From: Centroscyllium fabricii
Taxonomy: Eukaryota
Direction: 5' to 3'
Length of the DNA: 64,000 bases
Assembly: GCA_051313645.2 (NCBI GenBank)
Contig: JBNRSN020000011.1
Span: forward strand, 64,480,001 to 64,544,000
In this document: positions 22,209-35,300 of the stretch, piece after piece
Layout: the number at the start of each line of letters is the position of its first letter
Position numbering within the stretch: the first letter of the stretch is position 1
The notes under the pieces: generated by a model
Databases searched by the model: none
What the model saw: only the letters and a program-made list of their open reading frames with translations
Told to the model about the DNA's origin: nothing
Made by a program: the position numbers and the translations under genes

Positions 22209-25200
22209 TGTAGAATCGCAATAGCTGTGGGTGTCTAAAAACTGTACTAAAGGGATTCTACCATGGAGGCAACATAGCCACACCTGATTCTGTCCTTAAC
22301 TGGTGTCCACACACAAGCACTTGCACACAAGTGGGGGTCCCTGGATAAAGATCAGCAGCAGGAACCTTGTTTGATTTTCACCTCCCTAACCCTCCATATG
22401 ATGAAGCCAATTGTAGTGTCCCTGCCGCTGCCCCATTTAAGATTAACTAGCTCAGTACAGATTGGAGACCAAATCTTCTGGTCTGTATAACTCATTGGAT
22501 AAATCATCTCGGGAGCTAAGCTTTGTTGTCTTCCTCCTACAACAGTGACTACACTTCAAAAGTACTTCATTGGCTGTAAAGTGCTCTGGGACGTCCTGGG
22601 GTTGCGAAAGGCGCTATATAAATGCAAGTTTTTTTCTTGCTTGAGGCATAGTGAGATCGTCAATGCCATGATGTTGTCACCTCACTGGCCAAGCATGCCC
22701 GGATAATGAAACAGCATAGTGCAGTGTTATAGAGCGTGGAGGAAAGGAATGGGAAAATGCAGTATCAGCTCTTGCTTTCTGCAGAGCTTCTGATCTCGAC
22801 ATGCTACTGTGGAGAGGGATCCTGTCGAGGTTAGGTATGGGAGTGGGGTGGAATAGGAAAATCGGACCGTGTGATATCCCCTGCCTTAGCCTTGTCTAAT
22901 TTCTAACAGTTCACTCAGGACTGAAGTGAGCTGCCTGTCCTTGTGGCCATAATCAATGCATGGTTCGAGGAGTGGGACTGGAAAAAAAAGGAATTACACA
23001 AGTTCAAGCTGCAGGGATACAAATGCTGCACAGCACAGTTACTTCATTGGTCAACAGAATATTCCTTGCTATTCCGGAAAGTTAGTGTTGCAACAATGAC
23101 CTTTAATAATACAGCATTTGGGGTCTGTACATACGTCCTCTGGTTTAATCATTGTTGATTCATGGTGCATGTGTGGGTGTACTGTGAAATCATCAAAGTA
23201 CAAAACGTCCATTCAAGCAGGATTCTGCAATGGTACATCTGTTTACAGCGAATGCCAAAGGCAGGCAGTCAATCTGCAGGGTGTATGCCCTCCTGACTGC
23301 AGTGGAAAGATGCATCACCTGGTGGAAGTACCAAGCCATACACACCAAGGAGATCCTAGATTTGATTCTGAGTAAGTGCTGAATTATCTGAACAACAGGG
23401 TTCTACTTCTGGCTAGGGAGGGGTAAGAATAAATCAAGGTTTACGTCTGATCCTCATCACTATCCAGTGATTCCTGCTACCCAATGTGTCAGATAGCAAT
23501 ACAATCAGGCTCAGCTGCCCCAAGCAGTTGAATGGCCTGGCAACACACACCACCTTCCCCACTTGAGGAACAGCCAGTTCAGTAAAGTACGGACAGCTAT
23601 CGTTGGCAGGACACCCTTAGATTCGGTCAGTACCTTTTCGGGGAGGGGGGTGATAAACAATTCAAAAATAAATTCAGTGTTTAATAGTTTAAGTTTTAGT
23701 TTAAAATAAATGTGTATGGTCTCCCAACATGGCTAGTTCCACAGTGGTACAGTACATTTCCTCTTGAATGAGATTCTCAATTGCAACCACATAGTTAGAT
23801 GTAGGTTACAGTGCTACTCACTAATTTGTTTAATTTTTGCAAATGTTGGTTTGTTTAACATTTAGGTTTGTTCAAAACACAAATTTGCTACTGTTTGTTT
23901 TGATCATGGCAGCCATTAGATTGCAGTAACCTCAAAGGCAATCCTGTTAAAAGGGAACTTCCTGTAACAGCTCATTAATACCACAGCTTCCCTGCCCGCA
24001 GCCTGAGTCAGCACAACTGGAATGGAGTCACAAGGGATACACCGTGGGGGCAGCAGAAGCGGTGGTATAAATGTTACACTGTGGGATAAAGAGGTTACAG
24101 AATGGCAAATAAAGGGTACACCGCAGCCTAAGAATACACCTTGGGGGTAGGGAAATAATAAATGAACATCTTCCCCCCAGTATATTCTTTGCTACATTAT
24201 ACTCTGTGTATCATGCTGTGCCCTCTGCATCCCCAGTGGATCCCCACAGTGTATCCTTTACATAACCTTCCAGTCTCCATATATCTTGCTGTTTCCTGTG
24301 CGCTGTCCTCAATTTTGTATAAACCCTGGAACATTGATTGAACTCAGGTGAGATTTCATTCCCGTTCCCACATTTTAATGGATTTGAGCTGATCTGTATT
24401 GGCTGAGACAGCAGAGATCTAAAATTCTGAACACATTCAGTATCATGGACCTTCCTTAAAAAACTGAAAGCAGGGTTTAGACTTTGAGCATTGTCACAGA
24501 AGATCACAGGTCTTCGGGTACACTAGCTTGAGTCTCAACTGCAATAAGCAATTTGTTAATTTCAGTATGATACATTGAACTGGAAATATAAAGGAACATT
24601 CATCCTGTAACTAATGAAGCATCCTGATCCTGAAACTGCCCTTTACATTGGCCACCGATCAAAGGAAACTTTGAGGAACCTATTATGCTACAATCTTATC
24701 CATCCAAACAGAAAAAAGGCTCTTCTTCTGAACAGGTTTAAAGGCAACACAAAATGGACTTTAAACAAAAATGAGGAAATACAACTCATAAAAACTGAAA
24801 ATAAGGCTGCTCAGTGGTTTCATGAGAAATGTCTCTCTCTGGTTTGGTACTGAGCCATACAGGCCAGGGAAGTCCCAGGTTTGATCCCTCGCCTGCACTG
24901 AGATAGCTGAACTTAGTTAGGGTTGGTTCAAATTACTTCAGTCTTTCTGGTCTAGGGAAAGGACAAATCATCTACGGTTCTGACTCCTGATCCCTATCCA
25001 GTGTCACCTGCTGAGAAGTGCAAGTTGGGGTATACCAGGTGAGAAGAGGATTGAGTTGTCTGTGATGATCCCACAGTTGAATAGGCTGGTTTACATATTA
25101 AGAATGATCCTTAGGTGTGATGCTAGAGGGAAACATGTGCCTGTGGAATTATATAGTTCCACGGGTGTTAGTCACCTTCTGATACCGTGCACAAGTGGCC

Positions 25201-26619
25201 ATTCTTCATGTGTGAGCAAGCCCAGAAAATGAGTGTTGGCACAGTATTTAACTGTGAGGGCATCACAAGTGACATCTACTTGCACACTTTTCAGAATGTG
25301 GGGAATGAAAGGGAGTGGGAACATTGGCTGATTTTCCCTCCTTAGCTCAAGGATACTGAGGCCAATCATAGCACCTATACTGCCTGCCTGTGCTTAATGT
25401 ACACCATGTCTCAGAGACTTGAACTGTTTTTATGGCAAATTGAAGTGGATCACACTAAGCCTCCAATCAGAGTTCTCTCACTACCCATTAAGTCGGCAGA
25501 ACAGTGTTTTGTATTCTCAGTGGTGTTACCGAATGGGTGGAAGCAGGCCATGCTAGTGCCTGCCAATGGGTGCCTTAGCACAGTGCATGCAGAGTGGTGG
25601 AGCGCTCCCACTGACAAATTTAAGATGGTGATGACAGCCAAGGGTGGAGGCAGGATATCAAGTAACACAGAGCAGTATGAACACTCACTTTCTATGCAGC
25701 AGATAAGGGTGCACAGAGGGAACAAGGCACCCTGCACCTCATCAAAAAGTAAGCAGAATCAAAAGGTTACAATCCAGTAATCAACAGTGGCTTGCAAAAT
25801 CCAACGTTAGCTTGCTCTCTATCATTATCTTAGGTCTGTTGTTGTGTTGTTTTCCATGTAAGGGAAGACCTCACAGTTCACATAATGCCATACTAGTTTG
25901 AAAATATAGCAGATGGTCAACTATTGATCACACAGGGCTTTTCAAAAAGGTCAGCCCTCAGTTCACCATTGAACAGTAATAGCTTTATAAGTTTCACTGT
26001 GTTGTCTGCCTTATATCCATGTGTTAGGGAGCAGTATTGGACAGTTCAAAGTGATATATACCTGTATTCTAATTAAAGCACTTGGCTTTTGTGTCACATT
26101 GTCACAATTTAGGGGCATTTGCCCTGCATTGTAGTTAGGAGGCTGGGAGATACACCAGAAAAATATGGCAATTGAGTTATAATTCACTATTTCAATCATT
26201 GAAAATTCAGTAATAAACTCAAATGAGCAAAAAATTATCTAAATTAAATTTAGGCAGTGAGAGTTAAAATGAACATTGCCACGCCTCTACTTTTTGCATG
26301 TAACTCAAGGTGGCAGAAAATCAGTTACAAACAACACTGTTCTCATACCTGTCTAATGCAAAGAAACAACATGGGTAAATTACAAACCTTGAAACGAAAC
26401 ATCCTACACAGTAAGCAACCAATTGCTGGGAGCATCTGTCTGCGAAACTTTGATTGTGACTAAATCTGACCTTGACAGCCAGAATGAACACATTTCTGAA
26501 CAAGATAGGTGGGTTATGTCAGAACACAGAGATGCGAACCAGGATTGATCTTGGGGTGCCTTGCTGAATCTCTGGTTTGTACTTGGCTCCCCGATTCCAG
26601 GAGCAGTGAGCAATGGGTA

Positions 26620-28480
26620 TACAGTATTTCAAAGAGACATATCCATAACTAGTTTTGGAGAGTTTCTGTCTGGAATGCTCAGTCTGCAGAAATAGCAAAG
26701 CTTGTGAGGACCTCTCCACTGAAAGTGTAAGCTAATGTGTAGAGACTGCATTTGTCAAAAGAATGGGCTGAAGGAAAAACAGAAATAAACAGTTTCCTAG
26801 AAGGAAAAGGGATTAAGGGTTATGGGGAGCAGGCAGGAATTTGGACATGAGTCTAGGTTCAGATCGGTCATGGCCCTGTGGGTGGAGCGGGCCCAGGGAC
26901 CGTGTAGCCTGATCCTGCTCCTATTTTGTGTGTCTAATTCTGTTAGATTCAGGAGGTGGTTCTGTGATAGTAGATTGGTGGTTAGGATCAGATCAGCCAT
27001 GATCTTATTGAATGGCGGAGCAGGCTCGAGGGGCTGATTGGCCTACTCCTGCTCCTATTTCTTATGCTCTTATCAGAGAAGAAAGCAATTTTCATAATGA
27101 AACACTTGCAAAAAAAATCCTGAAGCACATTTGGCAGCTGAGGAAGTTCTGAAAAAAAGTCAATGAATATCAACAACTGTTTTCATTGATGAAAGACAAT
27201 CATCAGTAACCTGTCTACATTGATTTTGTATTTGCATGGCTTGTTTTGAACTGATAAACTGATCACTGTCTTCTTTGGCTTGATTGAACTTAGGAGAGCC
27301 ACAGCCACTATAATCAACTTAGATCTTCTAGTATACTTTGAAAGTTGTGGGATAAGGAGAGATCTATCTGCAAGAAATTTGGATAAGAATGCACAGTGAT
27401 GCGCTTGTGATGTTTGGAATAAAACAAAGGAGCTGTGGCTGTTTAAGAATGAGTTTCCAAGCTCAGTCATTACCTGGGACTGCTTAGTTCATCATCTTGA
27501 ACTGACTGTAGGGGCCACAATTTAAGAAGTTTATGGCATCAATTGCTTCAAGTCTTTTATTGAATCACTGTATTCATTGAACAGCATGACTACAAGAATA
27601 AAAGAGAACTAGGAGTCAAACTGCAGAAGATTGGCACAATTCTTGAATCTGGGTGATTTTAAGTTTCCAATGCTGCTTGGAACTCCCACCCTGCATTATG
27701 CAAACACTTTGAAGAGATTTTCAAAGATACATTATGAGATGCACTGGAGAGAAGCAAATGCAAGGGCTTGAAGATTACTTTTAATGCATCTGTAAAAAAT
27801 GTGTGATGAACAGATCACTTCTAGAACTGAAAGATTTATCAGAAGCTTTAACAGAAAAAAAAGACATAAACATCATGACTACACAATCTCTTACTTTGGC
27901 AAGTCAGCAATTTTCCAGGCAATGAAAGAACAGCTATGTGGGTTTGCTTCAGAAGCTCAGAACGCAACAGTATAGAGTCTGTTTTTTCCCCTCATTTACC
28001 AAGGAGGCATTGCAACATATGTGTCAATCCATTGCCAAAACGTTTTTGAAACTTGTCTGGAAACATAGATAAATACTGTGTTCCTGAGGCAGACAAAGGA
28101 CTAATTACCATCTTTAATATCTGGTGAACCTGGCATTCTCACCAAATGTGAATAATTAATTTTGTATGGAGAAAGAGAAGTTCAGGAACTCTGTTGTAAG
28201 TTTTAGTTATCGACACAAGCAGTTTTGGGATTTGAGGACAAAATGGTGTCCTGAAGCTCTGAAAAGCTTTTTTATTTGCATGGACACACTGCCTGCAATG
28301 AATGTGGATTGCAAGTATAGGTTTAGTCCAAAGAACAATATTGCTATCTATATACGATTGTCTACCCATGTGTCTACACTCACATCCTACATGTGTGTGA
28401 AACTTAATGGACAACCTCCAAAACCTTTTTAGCCACTATCATTTGTGAATTTATTGCTGGCCACAAATTCATTCTGCAGA
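26620..28480 (+). pseudogene. Fossil hAT transposase (KIAA1586-like), interrupted by a CR1 3' end
   Basis: Collinear degenerate motifs: C..C...HLSKEW; VFIDE; LIEL...TAT; HSDA; FPSSVITWDCLVHHLEL; ELGVKLQKIGTIL...W; AWNSHPALCKHF; ELKDLSEAL; C-terminal hAT dimerisation-like ORF 28166-28432. Multiple stops and frameshifts. Confidence 0.75.
26776..27073 (+). mobile_element. CR1 3' end (UTR and tail)
   Basis: Nearly identical to 45215-45514. Confidence 0.9.
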
Positions 28481-28648
28481 TCACATGTTCCTTTTTTAAA
28501 CTTGGTCACAAGCCTATTAAATGTGGAATCCCATCACCATTCTTAAGAATTTCCAAACTAAACTATTAGGAAATCCATGTAAGTATAGTTTCCATTTGTC
28601 TCATTTGGAGTGCACACTCTCTTCCCATAAGCATACACCCATTTACTT

Positions 28649-28801
28649 CAAATTTATTTGAAATCACAAGCTTTCGGAGCGCTGCTCCTTCATCAGGTGA
28701 AGTGAAGAGTGATTTCAAATAAAACTGTTGGACTATAACCTGGTGTTGTGACTTCTTACATTTGTCCACCCCAGTCCAACACCAGCGCCTCCACATCATG
28801 G
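28649..28801. mobile_element. Short Penelope-like element fragment with an inverted segment
   Basis: Flanked by 10-bp TSD CCATTTACTT (28639-28648, 28802-28811); inverted repeat TTTATTTGAAATCAC / GTGATTTCAAATAAA; carries a hammerhead motif. Confidence 0.75.
28664..28700 (-). ncRNA. Minimal type I hammerhead ribozyme motif
   Basis: Minus strand TCAC-CTGATGA-AGGAGC AGC GCTCC-GAAA-GC-TT-GTGA: catalytic core boxes, stem I TCAC/GTGA, stem II GGAGC/GCTCC, palindromic AGCT stem III. Confidence 0.7.
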
Positions 28802-31079
28802 CCATTTACTTAAGTTTATAAAACTTAAGAGTTATGGATCCTCAAACTTGTGATGGGATACTGCTGGAGATTAACCAGCTAAAACTGCACACACGAGCAC
28901 CAGTGAACTGCTTGTCCAGTTACAGCCTCCCTACTTTAGAGATTATCTGGAAGCAAGTGTGAAGAGTCTCAGGCCCCAGTGACAGGTATCCTTCTAGGTC
29001 CCAGCGCTGAGCCAACCAAGCTCGCCAATCTTAAAGAGTGCCCTGGCATACTGTATCTGTTTCAAGTATCAAATTGTTGAGTCTGCCAGAGAGGATCGGC
29101 TCAGTTCTAATCTCCCATTGTTAGGTGTCCAACCCTTGAGAGACCTCACTTACACAGAAGTTGCTTGAAATCACAAGAACCCAATGAAGCAATCATGACA
29201 AATGGAGGACTTTGACGATTGTTTAGCTGACCAAGAACCATGAAAATACTTGGTGTGAAACGCACCTTATTTGATGATTGTAATTGTAATTGCAGACTTG
29301 AAGTTCATTGTATGCTTAAACTGCAGCTTTTTATGAAATAATATGCCTACTTTAAAAAATAAAACACTAAAAAAGGAGCCGGCAGTTTGTTTCTGACGAC
29401 TTTAAAGGACTGCTGCAAATCTTGTTGAGATCAGTTAATTCGAATATGAAAAAAATGCAAATTCAAAACATTTGAAATAAAACCAAAAATACTGGAAACA
29501 GGTAGCAAGTCTGCAGGCACCTGAAAAGAGAATAGCAAATTAAGTTCTAGATGTAGAGCCTTTGTCATAGTAGCAATTGAACAGAGATCGTCTGCCCCTA
29601 TAGCTCTGTAGAATGTGGTGCTGGACGACTTTAATAGGCAAGTTTGGATAAAAGCATCACAGTACTGTACTAGTACCCTGTATTCAGTTGCAGCTTGCAT
29701 GGGCTGTGGTTATGCAAATTACAGCCGGTATTTTTAGGTTGGTGTATGTACACTTCTCAGTGTCCCCGAATTCAGACGCTGTAGGCTGGCATCAAAAGAC
29801 AGTAAATAGAGCATTTTAAGTTGTCTATACAATACACCTAATAGCCAAGCCGTGGTGCGTTGGAGCGTTTTTGTGCGGTATATTTAATGCTGATGCCAGG
29901 TTTAAAATAAAGATCCCGGGATATGGTTAAAGATTTCTACTTTTTTTCTCCCCCTTAAAAAATCATTGTTCACAAAGGTAATTAATTCAAGTTCTGAACT
30001 GAGAATTGTAACATCTTTAAAAAGGGACGATTTTGTCGGTTTCAGAAATAGTATTCGCAAAGCGTTTAAATAGGTTGTATTTCTTTGTGGTTACACGGTT
30101 ATATGGACTGCAACAGACTTGTATAAACACACACACATATGTAATTTAAAATCGATCTAAGGTAAGATGCATGGATTCGAACAATAATTCTGGTTGTGGT
30201 CACAGAAATGACCGATTAATCTAGATATGTTTATACTTCATGCACACAGGAAGCGGTTCTGAATAATTTACTATACACCATCCTGGAAGCTGGAGAAGTT
30301 AAACACTGGGTCTAGACGGTTAAGCCTCGCATTGATTGTACACAGGATGGCTCGGGCTTTTTCACTGCTGTTGAATGGGGGGTCCGATATTGTTACAAAC
30401 GAGAAGGATTTAGCAAACTGGTAAACGCCACCGCTCCCAATGCCTGTTCCAGAATGAGTTGCAGTCTATAGGATCCGACCCAATCGAATGGAAAACTACT
30501 GCACATCACGTGTATGCAAATTGGTTTCGATCAGTTCCAAACTGTTGCATTTCTCATTCTCCTATTCGCACCAGGGAGCCTTAAAAAAAGGGGCAAAATG
30601 TATTCTACCACACAGACATAAAGATATTAGAACATCGCGAATAATTAATGACGGTGCCATCACTTTTGTGCAGCTCTATTCTGAACTAACTACCTCTCCA
30701 CGCATTATATTTTTACCTGAACCATATGCTTTGCGTTGCATGCGCTTTTGTTCATGTGCGTTAGGGTTTTGCAACATTGATTTAAAACCGAGTAATCAGA
30801 ATCCGGTTTTGTACAGCTCTGCATTTAACTCTGTATGAACCTAACATCTCCTTTTCACTGCCCGAGGGGGTTGCGGGTTGGGGGGCGGTCGACTTTGTTA
30901 AAGCAGAAATATTGCATTTTTGATAAGCATCGAAAAGACATCAATTACTATGGGAAAAATAACTAGAAAATAATGTAATATCCAGAACGTTTAACCAAAA
31001 TAAAAATGAATGCGAGAGAAAAAGATTTGAGCGTTGAAACAATGGGATTTTGTTTAATTTTTGTTTGAACTTTCTGCCG

Positions 31080-31570
31080 AATGCAGTACTCCGTCCCAGG
31101 TTTTCGCAGCTGCCGCCAAGCGGGGGGATGCCGCCCCAGCCTGGAATAGCGTAAGGGGAGGGGGGTGTTAGAAACTCCTGGGCACGCAGTTTCCAGGCTC
31201 CCCCTGTCGAGGTATCTCAGCAGCCGACCAATCAGCGCAGTCCGTCTCTGGAACCAAACTGGCCAGTCACTCCAGCGGGGAACTCCCGCCCACCTGCCTG
31301 GGTTTGATTGGCGCAGGGGGGGGGGAAAGAGAGCGGCCGGCGGGTGATTGACGCGGCGAGGCAGGTACCGATTGGCCAGCGGGAGAGATTGACGCACGGC
31401 GCCGGCGCCCGATTGGTCAAGCCGCCTGCCGCTCTGGCGCCGAAGGCGGGGCCCAGGCCGCCCTTTCCGCTGCCGGGGCTGGGCTGCGTGCGCGGACGCG
31501 GCGATGGGGTCGCCCCGGGTTTGATGGTTTGACAGGTGCCCGACGCCAGGCAGCTCCTTCCCCAAAAAGC
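31080..31570 (+). promoter_or_regulatory. SSBP3 CpG-island promoter and 5' UTR
   Basis: CpG-dense; CCAAT boxes at 31228, 31307, 31371, 31412; GC boxes at about 31285 and 31445; directly upstream of the ATG. Confidence 0.85.
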
Positions 31571-31626
31571 ATGTTCGCCAAAAGCAAAGGTTCGGCGGTG
31601 CCCTCGGACGGGCAGGCTCGAGAAAA
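31571..31626 (+). CDS. SSBP3: SSBP3 coding exon 1
   Basis: MFAKSKGSAVPSDGQARE(K), donor GTAAGT; the MFAK start fits SSBP3 rather than SSBP2 (MYGK). Confidence 0.95.
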
Positions 31627-31947
31627 GTAAGTTTAATTTTGGTGATTGCAAAAATAAGAGATTCCTCACCGCTTACTGGCTTCCCGGGGCCGGACAGCGG
31701 CCGCTGCAAATCCCGGGGATTAAATCTCTTTTCATTATTATTATGTTTTTGACTCGCACGCTGTGTGTTTCCGCTTCTTTAAAGAAACTGAATGAAACCT
31801 TGTGTCCGGCGGGGCTGGCTGGGTGCAGCGCCGCTCGCTGACAAACCCCCAGCTCCTCTCTTGCTCTCTCTCTCCCTCTCTCTGCATTCCCGCTGCAATA
31901 AATAGAAAGCCTTGTAACCGGCTCCTTTGTGTCTCCTTCGCCCGCAG

Positions 31948-32020
31948 GTTGGCTCTGTACGTGTACGAATATCTCCTTCATGTCGGGGCACAGAAATCCG
32001 CACAGACCTTCCTCTCAGAG
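31948..32020 (+). CDS. SSBP3: SSBP3 coding exon 2 (LisH)
   Basis: CCGCAG acceptor, [24 protein letters not shown], donor GTAACT; phase matches exon 1. Confidence 0.97.
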
Positions 32021-32256
32021 GTAACTGCATATCTCCATCACTCCGCTTTAGCCTTTGTTTCTCAGGCGGACAATCTCGCCTCCATTTTGAATTGTGTTAA
32101 CCTTTTGCCATTTATTGTGGCTGCAAAACAAAAAAAAATTCTATTCAACTGACTAGTTCTGAATGCAGCCTGCCCCCCCACCCCCCACTTCCTCGCCCCC
32201 TTTTTCTTCTGTACTTATTCTGAGTGTGTTTTTTTTTTGTTGTTTATGTTTTGCAG

Positions 32257-32318
32257 ATACGATGGGAGAAAAATATTACATTAGGAGAGCCTCCTGGGTT
32301 TTTACACTCCTGGTGGTG
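32257..32318 (+). CDS. SSBP3: SSBP3 coding exon 3
   Basis: TTGCAG acceptor, [20 protein letters not shown](C), donor GTAAGT. Confidence 0.97.
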
Positions 32319-35300
32319 GTAAGTAGATAATTTTAAGTGTCCCACATTGGGCTTGTGCAGAGTTCCCATCATCGTTCCCAGTGATAAATGTAGATACTTT
32401 GATTCTGTGTTTTCTCCTGGAACTTCTTGGCAACATTGTGCCAAAAAATACTGATAATGGAGCTCAACAATGGACTATAGTAGCAACAGGCATCTCCTTG
32501 ATAAAATCGGAAGTTTTGGTGCTGATTAGACATCCTTTCATTAAATAGTTTGCAGTTTATTAGCTGTGTTTTCTTTTAAATAGCTTTCATGGGTTGTTTT
32601 CAAAATTACATTTTGAGCCGTGCAGGCACACTTTCGGATTTCAAATGTACATGAGATCATTTTGTAGCAATTGCAGTGACATAAATTTCACCAATGTATC
32701 ATCCCCCACCCCCTTGCTGTACTGCATAGTGCTCACAAACTCTCATTGCTTTGCTGTTGGGTTTAAGCCTCTCTGGTGCTGTGTACAGTTACACCAGTTT
32801 ATTATGTGGGTTTACATCTGAAAAAAACTCATGCTCTTGTATCTAGTGTTACTTTGTTAAAGTGAATAGAAAACCTGGCTGTGTTTCGGTGGGTTATTAG
32901 AGCTATTGGGTAATTATGCTGCTTCACCTTGGAGGTTGAATCCAGTTATGAGGACTTGCTTTTTATCTCGAAGAAAAAAAGCAATTTCCAATTTTTCTCC
33001 TTTTAATGAACATTTTGCCTCTTGTGGAGTTGTGGTTCCACAGGTGATGGCAGTTATCCAGCTCCTCGTCCAAGTAGCCATTCTTCATGTGGTAGCCTAG
33101 ACTTGTGTTGGCAGTCTATTTAATCGTGAGGGGTATTGCAGATGAGTCTGATTGGGTCTTTGCCCGATGTCCACACATGCCCATTCTCAAGTAGGTGAAT
33201 GGAAACCATGGCTAATTAGCATCTCTCCTACCCCCACCCCTGAAAGCATTGCCTCCCTCATTGCACCCCCCACTGTTTGAGGTCCAACCCAGTACAGACT
33301 GGAGAATCAGACCTGGGGTCTTTGCATTCTGTGGCTCAGTTCACACCAGGATAACTTTATTGGGATTGGTTTTGTCTATTGGCTTGTTGGGTAATTGGAA
33401 GGACAGAGCTAGATGGTGTTGGTCCCTCTGCTTTGAGGGTGGAGGGATGAGGGAGAACTGTTGAATTTTTCAGCTGGGTGGCATTTTAGTGCATCATCTT
33501 GGAGTGAAAAACTGAGAGGAGTCCACACAGTGGTATTCCTCCTATTAACTGATTACAGAGTGATGCTGATCGCAGCTTCGGAGCCACCCACACAGTCCTG
33601 CTGAAACTAAAAGAGGAAGTGGCAGCTGTTTGGGGATATATGGGGGTGGCAAAGATACAAGGGAATCTGTCATTTAAACCTGGACATATTTAAAGTGAAT
33701 TAGAAATTCCATAGCATAAACATGACTGCTGTCTATACATACCAGACTGGGATGTGTAAAATTGTCTTTTGAATAAACAGATTTTTGGTGTGGAGCAATT
33801 TGTATTTGTGTAAACTACTATAGAGTTAAAGTGTTGGTAAACATTTATTCATTTGTGTACTTGCATTTGTATGTTGTTTACATGTAAAATTTTGGGCAGT
33901 CTTAAGTTATTTACTGTAGTCAACCTGCTGGCAGGTTTCCATCAGTCACTGTGGGCTGGAAGTTAAGGCGCCTGAAGGATGCTCGGGATGTGTTTCCCAT
34001 TTTCAACACCTCCGTCGTTGAAAAGACGTTGGGAAGCACGTGCGTTTGCTTGGCACCTCCATACGGTACCATTGTTCTTCGCTGTGTAGCAAATCAAACT
34101 TGGGACCCATTTTTTCATGGGGTGTGAGGTATTGGTACTGAATGTCACAAATGCAAGCTATGTCGCACTTTATAGAATTTAATAGCACTGTCTTCCCACT
34201 CCCACACCCAAAAAAGATCATTTACTTTTCTGATTGTATGTAAATTGGGATGTAATAAGACTTCCCAGGAATGTTGGTAGGGAAATGTGCTAAGTGTGTC
34301 ATTTTAGTATTGCTTTCTTTTTGTAACATTTGATCTGCTGATGTTTACTGATTTTTGGGAGTGTCTATAGTACAAATGTTTGAATGTTTTTCCACCCCTG
34401 TTCTAGGCTGTCAGTGGTAGGGTCCTTGTAAATGTTGTTAAAAGTCTTGGGTCTTCAGTGGGACATAGATTGTGAAGCATGCTTACTGTGATTTGGCTGT
34501 TTGTGTGTTGCGTTAATAAATATTGTCCTGGTCTAACTGCAACTAGAAGGTGTACTTATTTATTCTGCTTTTCTAACTGTGCTACTGATCTGTCTGCTTG
34601 CGCTTTTAGAAAAGTGATTGATGACTTGAAATTGTGATTATGCAATCCCAGGTGCATACCACCTAATGTTTGGAACCTGTTGGATTTCTATATAGATTTT
34701 AAAGTCCCTTCGGACTTCTGTGAGTCTATGTAATTATGTCTTGCACATAATTGTGAGAATAGTAATCACATGATTGTATTTTGCTTCTATCCTAAAAGTT
34801 CTGGTGTAAAGGTTCATGATTTTTTTGTACAGTAACCAAAATCTATTGACAGGCTAAGCACTAATGCACAATACCGCAGTGGCGCAAGATATACATGTTC
34901 GATCTTACCCCCCACCCCCCTCGACGTTGTTTGCGATCTCGTCTGCAGTTGCGGGGAGGAGTTGAGTGAGGGTGGTGAGCTTTGCCTGATGGCCTATGAC
35001 CTCGGAGCCAGCTAAAAGAAAGCATAGGCCTGGGAGCAAGTGGTCTAGAAGAGCAATGTTTAATGTTTTTAGCGATTAGTACTTCTAAGCTTCCTGAAAG
35101 ATGAGCAGGTTAGATACACTGTCCATTGTAAGATTGAGCCATATAGACCAGGGAAGTTCCAGGTTCAATCTGTGTCTCTGCTAATCTCAGCCTGGGTGGT
35201 TGGGTGCTACAGTCGTCCGGAGTGACCCCAGGCTAGGGAGGGGAAGAGCTAGCTAGAGCTACTGATTGTTATCCATTGACTCCTGCTGGAAGTGGTGGGT

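Noticed and set aside
30963-31709. 248-aa antisense ORF over the SSBP3 promoter
   Set aside because: Expected in GC-rich CpG islands; no recognisable domain.
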